Virus record (IMG/VR): IMGVR_UViG_2639762904_000002
Coordinates: 3,973-67,972 of that record
Reading direction: 5' to 3' (one strand)
Source: a virus
Taxonomy: Duplodnaviria > Caudoviricetes
DNA length: 64,000 nt
Made by a program: the position numbers and the translations under genes. The notes beneath the pieces were generated by a model. The model searched no databases, was not told where the DNA came from, and was given only the letters and a program-made list of their open reading frames with translations. Below, one piece after another: positions 56,903 through 64,000 of the stretch; position 1 is the stretch's first letter; each line of letters opens with the position of its first letter.

Positions 56903-58069
56903 ATGGCAGAAGTCCTGAACTTCGAGCACAACGGCATCACTGTGAATGCCACTGAATCCCCCGAGGCCATGGGTGGCCTTGGCGATAACGTGATCGGCCT
57001 GGTTGGCACTGCGCCGAATGCCCACGCATCGATCCCGAAAAACGCGCCGTTCCGTATCAACAGCTTCACCACCCAGGCGTTGCTGGACCCTACCGGCACC
57101 GAGTCGGGCACCTTGTTCCAGGCCGTGTACCAGATCCTCAAAGTGGTCAAGGTGCCGGTCTATGTGGTCATCGTCGAAGAAGGCGCCACCCCGGCCGATA
57201 CGATCAACAATGTGATCGGCGGCAACGACCCGGTCACCGGTCGCAAGCTGGGCCTGGCGGCCCTGAGCAGCGTCCCGGAAGACCTGACCATCATTGGCGC
57301 CCCAGGCTTTACTGGCACCAAGGCCGTGGCCGGTGAATTCGCCTCCTTCGGCAAGCGCATCAAGGCCCGTGTGGTGCTGGATGGCAAGGATGCTTCCGTT
57401 GCAGACCAAGTTGCCTACAGCGGCGAGCTGGGCGGGGCTGACCTCGGTTTCGACCGTTGCCTGCTGGTGCACAACATGCCGTCGGTGTATTCCAAGGCCG
57501 CGAAGAAAAACGTATTCCTGTCGCCATCCTCGTTGGCCATCGCGGCATTGGCCAAGGTCAAGCAGTGGGAAAGCCCGGGCAACCAGGTGACCTTCGCCGA
57601 GGACGTTTCACGCGTCGTCGAGTACAACATCCTCGACACCTCCACCGAAGGCGACCTGCTCAACCGCTATGGCGTGAGCTACTACGCCCGCACTGTTCTC
57701 GGCGGTTTTTCGCTGCTGGGCAACCGTTCCATCACCGGCAAGTTCATCAGCTATGTCGGCCTGGAAGATGCCATCAGCCGCAAGCTGGTCAAGGCCGGCC
57801 AGAAAGCCATGGCCAAGAACCTCACCAAGTCCTTCATGGACCAGGAGGTCAAGCGCATCAACGACTGGCTGCAAACCCTGGTGGCCGACGAAACCATCCC
57901 CGGTGGCAGCGTGTACCTGCACCCGGAATTGAACAGCGTCGAGAAGTACAAGAACGGCACCTGGTTCATCGTTATCGACTACGGCCGCTACGCGCCGAAC
58001 GAACACATGGTTTATCAACTCAACGCCCGCGATGAAATCATCGAGCAGTTCCTGGAGGACGTTCTCTAA
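56903..58069 (+). CDS. Tailocin sheath protein
   Basis: FEHNGI, WESPGN, GFSLLGNRS. Confidence 0.92.
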   Translation: MAEVLNFEHNGITVNATESPEAMGGLGDNVIGLVGTAPNAHASIPKNAPFRINSFTTQALLDPTGTESGTLFQAVYQILKVVKVPVYVVIVEEGATPADTINNVIGGNDPVTGRKLGLAALSSVPEDLTIIGAPGFTGTKAVAGEFASFGKRIKARVVLDGKDASVADQVAYSGELGGADLGFDRCLLVHNMPSVYSKAAKKNVFLSPSSLAIAALAKVKQWESPGNQVTFAEDVSRVVEYNILDTSTEGDLLNRYGVSYYARTVLGGFSLLGNRSITGKFISYVGLEDAISRKLVKAGQKAMAKNLTKSFMDQEVKRINDWLQTLVADETIPGGSVYLHPELNSVEKYKNGTWFIVIDYGRYAPNEHMVYQLNARDEIIEQFLEDVL

Positions 58070-58575
58070 TGTTTACCAACCGAGTCAGACAGGCCATCGC
58101 GGCCACCCTTCAAGGCCTGCCGTTGTCCGCAACCGTGGAAGAGTTCACCCCGCCGAAGATCGAGTTCGAGATGGAGCCCATGTCCGGCGGGCGTTTCATC
58201 GCCGAAGAAATGGCCAAGAGCGGCAAGGTGCTCAATGCCACCCTGGTCCTCCAAGGTGCCGGCCCGGAAATCATGCTGGCCCTGGGCGTGCGCATGGGTG
58301 ACGACATCCTGCTGAACGTGCGGGAAGCCGGCCAGGACCAGGACGGCAAGACCTACTTCATCTACCACACCGTCGGCGGCAAGCTCAAATCCCTGGATGA
58401 AGCGAAGCTGAAGATGGGCGACAAGGCGCTCACCACGCTGGAACTGTCCTGCCGTACCTACAACCGTCTGGAAAATGGCATTTCGGTGATCGACATCGAC
58501 GTGCGCACCCAGAAGTTCGTGCTCAACGGCGTCGACATTCTTGGCGATGCGCGCCGCGCCGTACTGATGCCTTAA
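58069..58575 (+). CDS. Tailocin tube protein
   Basis: 168 aa after sheath; FTPPKI, IDID...NGVD. Confidence 0.9.
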   Translation: MFTNRVRQAIAATLQGLPLSATVEEFTPPKIEFEMEPMSGGRFIAEEMAKSGKVLNATLVLQGAGPEIMLALGVRMGDDILLNVREAGQDQDGKTYFIYHTVGGKLKSLDEAKLKMGDKALTTLELSCRTYNRLENGISVIDIDVRTQKFVLNGVDILGDARRAVLMP

Positions 58576-58608
58576 AAAATGACCGCAATCTAAGGCAGGC
58601 TCGGTCAA

Positions 58609-58696
58609 TGTGGGAGTCGGGCTTGCCCGCGATGCAGGCGACTCGGTGTGTCTGGAGCACCGAGTTGATGCCATCGCAGGCAAGCCTGCTCCCACA
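58609..58696. repeat. REP doublet (REPIN-like long hairpin)
   Basis: TGTGGGAG..GGCTTGCCCGCGATG ... CATCGCAGGCAAGCC..CTCCCACA inverted pair. Confidence 0.85.
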
Positions 58697-58758
58697 GGGA
58701 CCGCGTTCAGATCTGGATTTTCGGTACTTTTCAATACCGTTCAACAAGGAATTGCCCC

Positions 58759-59331
58759 ATGGCCTGGATGCCACCGTTGCATACCCTGCTGGCTCCGATC
58801 ACCGCCGACACCGGCGCGACGATCCAGCAGGTTCAGCTCAAACCGTTGTTTTACGCCGCGCAAAAAGACGCGCTGGCCCGGGCCGGTGATGACGAGGACG
58901 ATCAGTTTTTCGAACTGGCGAAACTCGCCACCGGCCTGTCGGAAAAAGAGCTCGACCAGCTCAAGCGCCCTGACTACGTAAGCATTGCCCAGTACGTACA
59001 CGAGATGTCGACGCGCCCGACGTCGTTCTTCCTGAATGCGGATGAAGCGACGCTCTACGACCAACCCGTCCAATTGCTATTGCCCCTGGACGCAGCCGGC
59101 CGAACCCTGACCGAACTGCCCCTGGAAATGCCCGCCCTGCGCGCCACCAAAGTAATGAAAAAGCTCGCCACCAATAAAGAGCGCGCCGAGTTCATCACCG
59201 CCCATTGCACCGGCCTGATGATCCCTGACCTGGCCGGTTTGACCGTGCCCGACTGGACGGAACTGCAGGAGCGCATCGACGATTTTTTAAATCAACCGGC
59301 GGACTTCTTTCGCAGCGCGATATCGAGGTAA
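58759..59331 (+). CDS. Tailocin tail assembly chaperone (extends to 59453 by -1 frameshift)
   Basis: Two chaperone-like halves; T-TTT-TTA slippery site 59283-59289. Confidence 0.85.
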   Translation: MAWMPPLHTLLAPITADTGATIQQVQLKPLFYAAQKDALARAGDDEDDQFFELAKLATGLSEKELDQLKRPDYVSIAQYVHEMSTRPTSFFLNADEATLYDQPVQLLLPLDAAGRTLTELPLEMPALRATKVMKKLATNKERAEFITAHCTGLMIPDLAGLTVPDWTELQERIDDFLNQPADFFRSAISR

Positions 59332-59458
59332 TCCTCGATGTGGTGCCGCTGATCTACTCGGTCAATGAGGCGGAGATCCTCGACTGGGACGCCGGAAAAG
59401 CATTGCGCCGCTACGACATTGCGATCACTCGCCTTGGCGTTAAACAGGAGTAAGCGGG

Positions 59459-61300
59459 ATGCAGGACAAGTATTCGCTCGCATATGCCATGGTCAAGGAT
59501 GGCCAGGGTGTATTCAGCAACGCAGGCGGCGCGAAGGGTGCCGATAGTGTTAACCCGGGCCCGTTGGCATTTGAAAGTCATGCAGAGGCGGCGCCATTGT
59601 CCTCGATGGGCCTGGAGCTGACCAATGCCGGCTTGCAACTTCAGGGTCTTTCGCTGTCCTTGGGGTTACTGCGCGATAGTGTGGACGCGCTGCAAGCCTC
59701 CTTGCCGCAGCTTAAGGCGATGGGCGTTGAACCGTCCAAAACCGAAAAACGCAGCGACCAGGCGACAACCACCGAAGTTACGTCGAGCACATCGCAAGAA
59801 CTGCGGCTGATCCGTGAAGCCATGACGCTGCGCGAGGTAAAGAGCCTCGATCCGGTCGCGGCCTTTCAACAATCGTTTGCTGCGCCAGCCATCAAGGAAA
59901 AAACCATAGCGCAGCTGCGCGAGGCGTCCTCAAAGAGTGAGGAGCGGCTCTCTACGACGCTCAAGCCGGCACCGGTACTCTGGGAAGACGTGTGGCTTCA
60001 GAAAAAGACCGAAGTGATGGATGGAGCCAACGCCTGGGCCAGCACATCGCCGGCAGCCGCCACCACTGTGAAAACCGCTGAGGCGGTGATTCTGCCGGTA
60101 TTTTCACCGGTGGTTACCGGCTTTTTCTCGGGTTTGGGAGACACGATCAAAAGTCGGGTGACGAGCAATGTGGTCGACGTGACGCTGGGCAAACTGCCTG
60201 GAGTGGTTGGCAAACTGTTCAAGAGCGACGGCTTTAAAAAGGATCAGCCATGCTGCTGCGCCACTGCAACCCAAGCCTCACTGAGCAGTCGCCGCTCCAG
60301 TCGCAGAGGCTCTTCTACCAGGAAAAAGGGAAGCAATAGGCCCAAGTCGCAGAAAAACCAGAAGGCGCGGAACGCGCAGAAGAAACAGCAAGCGCAGAAG
60401 AAACAGGCGTCTGTGGCGAGGCCGGCGTTTACAAAGCGGGCACCTGTGAAAAACGCTGGGGTGATGTCGACGCTGCGCAGTCTGTCTGAGCGCTTCATCA
60501 AACCCTTATTCCCGGCGCAGTCCAATGGTTTCCATGCCGGAGCACCCGTGCAAGGTTTGCAGCCGCGTGGTGCCCAGGTCAATGACCGAACGACTCACAC
60601 TGATGTGCGTCATTCGATCCCAAGTAGAACCCCAGGGCTGATTGAAGCCTTGGAACGCAGGGGACTGCCCGTGCCTTCCGAAGCCCGCGCAACGACCCAG
60701 CCTCACGCACAGGCCTTGAGCCATGAGCGTTCAGCCTTGCCTGTGGTGACTCCCGCGCCAAAAATACCGGCTTCCGGGCTGTTGGGTGTGATGAGTAAGC
60801 TGGAGTCTGCCGGCGCCCGTCGCCTTGGCCCGCTGAAGTATGTCGACACCGCCGCGGATGTGATCCAGGGCGTACGCACTGGCGACGCCAAGGCTGTCGG
60901 TACCGGTCTCAGCACCGCCGGTGGCGCCTGGGCGGGAGCATCCGCCGGCGCCGCGCTCGGCACCCTGGTTTTCCCAGGTATCGGCACCGCAGTCGGCGGC
61001 GCCATCGGTGGCTTGCTGGGCAGCGAAGCAGGCAGTTGGCTGGGTGACAAACTGTTCAGCTCAAATGATCGCCTGCCCGCACCCAATGCACTGAGCAAGG
61101 AGCTCAACAGTGCCCGCACCGACAACGTCCAGGTCACGATTGCACCGAGTATCCAGATCACCGGTGTCAACCCTGCCGATGCCCAGCAGGTCGTCAACCA
61201 GGTGATCCAGGCCCTGCAGTTTCAATGCATACCTATGGTCACCGACTCCCTGGGTATCCGGCGCAACGCGGCACTGGCCGATCCTTCAGGAGGTGATTGA
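59459..61300 (+). CDS. Tailocin tape measure-like protein
   Basis: Position; C-terminal Gly/Ala zipper GAALGT..PGIGTAVGG. Confidence 0.75.
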   Translation: MQDKYSLAYAMVKDGQGVFSNAGGAKGADSVNPGPLAFESHAEAAPLSSMGLELTNAGLQLQGLSLSLGLLRDSVDALQASLPQLKAMGVEPSKTEKRSDQATTTEVTSSTSQELRLIREAMTLREVKSLDPVAAFQQSFAAPAIKEKTIAQLREASSKSEERLSTTLKPAPVLWEDVWLQKKTEVMDGANAWASTSPAAATTVKTAEAVILPVFSPVVTGFFSGLGDTIKSRVTSNVVDVTLGKLPGVVGKLFKSDGFKKDQPCCCATATQASLSSRRSSRRGSSTRKKGSNRPKSQKNQKARNAQKKQQAQKKQASVARPAFTKRAPVKNAGVMSTLRSLSERFIKPLFPAQSNGFHAGAPVQGLQPRGAQVNDRTTHTDVRHSIPSRTPGLIEALERRGLPVPSEARATTQPHAQALSHERSALPVVTPAPKIPASGLLGVMSKLESAGARRLGPLKYVDTAADVIQGVRTGDAKAVGTGLSTAGGAWAGASAGAALGTLVFPGIGTAVGGAIGGLLGSEAGSWLGDKLFSSNDRLPAPNALSKELNSARTDNVQVTIAPSIQITGVNPADAQQVVNQVIQALQFQCIPMVTDSLGIRRNAALADPSGGD

Positions 61301-61683
61301 TGCGACAACAAATGATACTCGGCGACTTTATCTTTGGCTTGTCCCGCGGCTTTGCCTATTCGTCGTTGATCCGCAACAGCGACGGCGGCTGGAGTGACCT
61401 GGCGATTATTGCCAGCAAGCCCCAGTCGCGGCAGAACGGCCAGAAGCTGGAAAAGCTCACGTTCAACGGTACAGCCATGTACGCCACCGGTATGCAGCGC
61501 CTGGACGAACTGCGCGCGCTGCAAAATGCGCGGGCGCCTTTGCCGTTGGTCGATGGCATCGGCCGTAATTGGGGCCTGTGGCGGATCAATTCGGTGGTGG
61601 AAACCCAAAGCAACGTGATCGATGACGGCACCGCCATGGTCATGAGCTGGACCCTGGAACTGGAGGAATTCGTCAATGCGTAG
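61300..61683 (+). CDS. Tailocin gpU
   Basis: MILGDFIF, PLPLVDGIG. Confidence 0.88.
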   Translation: MRQQMILGDFIFGLSRGFAYSSLIRNSDGGWSDLAIIASKPQSRQNGQKLEKLTFNGTAMYATGMQRLDELRALQNARAPLPLVDGIGRNWGLWRINSVVETQSNVIDDGTAMVMSWTLELEEFVNA

Positions 61684-61888
61684 AGTGCGAAGTATCGCCG
61701 GTGATTCGGTCAACCTGTTGCTCTATCGCGAGCTGGGGCGTTGCGACGACTCGGCGGAAGAAACCCTCTGGCGCTTGAACCCCGAACTGGCTGAATACGG
61801 TCCGCTATTGCCGGCTGGCGTATGGGTGATTGTGCCTGAGATGCAAGCCAGGCCGGCGGCCGTGCGTCCCGTGCTGGCGTGGGATTAA
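61676..61888 (+). CDS. Tailocin tail protein X
   Basis: GDSV..L.YR, NPELA, WD end. Confidence 0.88.
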   Translation: MRRVRSIAGDSVNLLLYRELGRCDDSAEETLWRLNPELAEYGPLLPAGVWVIVPEMQARPAAVRPVLAWD

Positions 61889-61897
61889 GGAGGCTGC

Positions 61898-62908
61898 ATG
61901 GCACAGGGATTTACCCCGATCGTAGAGTTCTACGGCGCCAACGCGGCGCTGCTCAATCAACGCCTGATGCATTGGAGCCACACCGACGCTGGCGGTATCC
62001 AGACTGACCGCCTGGAATTGACCCTCAATATCGAAGGGCTGGAGGGGTTGCCCAGCCTGAGTGGCAAGATCGGCCTGCGCGTCGGTTACCAGGAAACCGG
62101 CTTGGTGGAAAAAGGCGAGTTTGTCGTCACCCAACGCACCCCGGTGCTGTTTCCGATGCGCCTGATGATCGTGGCCACGGCAGCGCCCTTCAGTGAGGTG
62201 GATAAGAGCGGATATCGCCAGCGCCGCTCCGCCAGCCATGGGCCGACGACATTGGGGGCATTGTTTCGGCAACTGGTCAGCCGCCATGGTTTTTCACCGC
62301 GAGTGGCACCGACGCTGGACGGCATTGCGATTGCGCACATCGACCAGTCCAATGAAAGCGACATGGCCTTCATCACTCGCCTGGCCAAGCGCTACAACGC
62401 GGTCACCAAGCCGTTCAATGAACTCTATGTACTGGCCGAAGCGGGGCAGGCCAAGTCACTCTCCGGCCAGCTACTGCCGCCAGTGAAATTATCGGTGACC
62501 GGGGACAACCGGCCCGGTGAGCACGCCTTCATTACCGCCAAGCTCGACGAGAAAGCTCGCTCAAAATACATGGGCAGCCGCGTCAGCTGGTGGGACGCCG
62601 CCGCCGGCAAACAGCGCCTGGTCCAGGTCGGGATTGCCCCGTTCAAGACCTTGCGCCAGCGCTGCCAGAACGAAGCCGAAGCCCGCGCCGTGGCCGAAGG
62701 CGAACTGCGGCGGGTGGGCCGTGAAGGTTTGAAGCTGCAGATCGATTGCCCAGGTAACCCGTTGCTCGCTGCCGAAGGCTTGCTGGTGCTGGATGAGACC
62801 TGGCCTTCGTACATGCAGGGGCGCTGGTCGATTACTCAAGTGACCCACGTTGGCGACCCGGCGACGGGGTATCGCAGTTCGATCATGGCCAGTGGATTGG
62901 CGTCTTAG
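61898..62908 (+). CDS. Tailocin gpD hub protein
   Basis: DQSNESDMAFITRLA. Confidence 0.9.
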   Translation: MAQGFTPIVEFYGANAALLNQRLMHWSHTDAGGIQTDRLELTLNIEGLEGLPSLSGKIGLRVGYQETGLVEKGEFVVTQRTPVLFPMRLMIVATAAPFSEVDKSGYRQRRSASHGPTTLGALFRQLVSRHGFSPRVAPTLDGIAIAHIDQSNESDMAFITRLAKRYNAVTKPFNELYVLAEAGQAKSLSGQLLPPVKLSVTGDNRPGEHAFITAKLDEKARSKYMGSRVSWWDAAAGKQRLVQVGIAPFKTLRQRCQNEAEARAVAEGELRRVGREGLKLQIDCPGNPLLAAEGLLVLDETWPSYMQGRWSITQVTHVGDPATGYRSSIMASGLAS

Positions 62909-62975
62909 GCGCGGGCAGAAGAGGGAGCTTGAGTTCGTGTATCACTGAAAGCTCGAGCTCAAGAAGGAGGGATGC

Positions 62976-63533
62976 ATGGTTCTATCTGAGCAACAGCTGG
63001 TTAAAGTACTACCAAACTCCCGCCTTAAAGCGGGAGCTTTCATTTCGGCGTTAAACACGGCGATGTCCCATCACCAAATCACCACACCTGAACGCACTGC
63101 GGCATTCCTCGCCCAAATCGGCCACGAATCTGCTCAGTTGCTCTATGTGCGAGAACTGGGTAGCGATCACTACCTGAGCAAATACGACACCGGTACCCTG
63201 GCCGCTCGGCTGGGCAACACGCCCGAGGCGGATGGCGATGGCCAGAAGTATCGGGGCAGGGGGCTTATCCAGATCACGGGGCGTCGCAACTACCTGGCCT
63301 GCAGCCGAGCGCTGTTCGGCGATGATCGCCTGCTGCTGCAACCGCAATTGCTGGAGCAACCGCAATGGGCTTGCGAATCGGCAGCCTGGTTTTGGCAGAG
63401 CAACGGTTTGAATGAACTGGCCGACAGGGACCAATTCACCGCTATCACTCGGCGTATCAACGGCGGTCTCAATGGCCTGGATGAGCGTTTGCGCTTGTGG
63501 GCGCGGGCCAAGGCGGTGTTATGCATCTCCTAA
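62976..63533 (+). CDS. Tailocin GH19 endolysin
   Basis: FLAQIGHES, YRGRGLIQITG, INGGLNG. Confidence 0.92.
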   Translation: MVLSEQQLVKVLPNSRLKAGAFISALNTAMSHHQITTPERTAAFLAQIGHESAQLLYVRELGSDHYLSKYDTGTLAARLGNTPEADGDGQKYRGRGLIQITGRRNYLACSRALFGDDRLLLQPQLLEQPQWACESAAWFWQSNGLNELADRDQFTAITRRINGGLNGLDERLRLWARAKAVLCIS

Positions 63534-64000
63534 GTGCGTTGCGTTTGATCGGCGTGTGTCTGCTCATGGCGTTTGTTTGGCAGGTCCAGGCTTGGCGATA
63601 TGGTGCGCAGCTTGAGCTGCAATCAAGCACCCATGCTCAAGTGCTGAACCAGCAAAGGCTGGCAGCACAAAACCAACGCCAGGCTCTGGAGCAACAGCTC
63701 AACGTCAACGACCGCCAACACATCCAGGAGTTGAACGATGCCCAACGCAACCAAGCTGCTCTGCGTGACCGTCTGGCCACTGCTGATGTGCGGTTGTCAG
63801 TCCTTCTCGACGCCGTTGATTCCGCCAGTGGCTGTACAGTGCCAGCCACCACCGCCCCCGGCAGCCTGGTTCATGCAGTCCCGCGAGCCCGACTTGACCC
63901 GGCGCATGCTCAGCGAATTATCCGCATCACCGACGACGGCGACAGCGCCCTGATCGCCTTGCGTGCTTGCCAGGCGTATGTGCAGGCCGTCGCGCGTTAG
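63521..64000 (+). CDS. Tailocin Rz-like i-spanin
   Basis: TM plus RDRLATAD.RLSV, ALRACQAY. Confidence 0.85.
   Translation: MHLLSALRLIGVCLLMAFVWQVQAWRYGAQLELQSSTHAQVLNQQRLAAQNQRQALEQQLNVNDRQHIQELNDAQRNQAALRDRLATADVRLSVLLDAVDSASGCTVPATTAPGSLVHAVPRARLDPAHAQRIIRITDDGDSALIALRACQAYVQAVAR
63738..63953 (+). CDS. Tailocin Rz1-like o-spanin
   Basis: LMCGC lipobox, PPPPAAW, embedded in Rz. Confidence 0.72.
   Translation: MPNATKLLCVTVWPLLMCGCQSFSTPLIPPVAVQCQPPPPPAAWFMQSREPDLTRRMLSELSASPTTATAP

Larger units (their letters stand above)
50273..64000 (+). other. R-type tailocin gene cluster (headless contractile tail plus lysis)
   Basis: Repressor, holin, baseplate, fibre, sheath, tube, tape measure, lysin, spanins; no head, terminase or replication genes. 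Confidence 0.92.

Noticed and set aside
50273-64000. Second prophage or type VI secretion system
   Set aside because: No capsid, terminase, integrase or Tss membrane/ClpV genes; layout fits a tailocin

Overview
Pseudomonas (fluorescens-group-like) chromosomal window with three blocks. (1) 1-~43490 is a temperate prophage whose left end and integrase lie outside the window. It has leftward early genes (C5 methyltransferase, HD hydrolase, PrtN-like, KilAC), a CI/Cro/CII switch, a primase-VirE replicase with an iteron array, a lambda-like head, a P2-like contractile tail, GH19 lysis genes and LexA-boxed Dam/SRAP/umuDC genes. The umuDC operon is broken by an IS5 remnant, an AT-rich 906-aa cysteine-hydrolase-domain gene and a group II intron remnant. 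The right end of the prophage abuts what reads as the first 13 codons of mutS (MSKNTSDLSSHTP, then stop), so the phage appears to be integrated inside mutS. (2) ~43530-50100 is an accessory island with an unusual three-gene operon (divergent PEP-carboxylase-like, D-2-hydroxyacid dehydrogenase, RraA/HMG-aldolase) and a Panacea-antitoxin/membrane-protein pair. (3) 50273-64000 is a headless R-type tailocin cluster (PrtR-like repressor to spanins) with a GGA-hairpin-rich leader and a frameshifted baseplate gp25/W gene. All calls come from motif recognition and gene context; no database searches were run.
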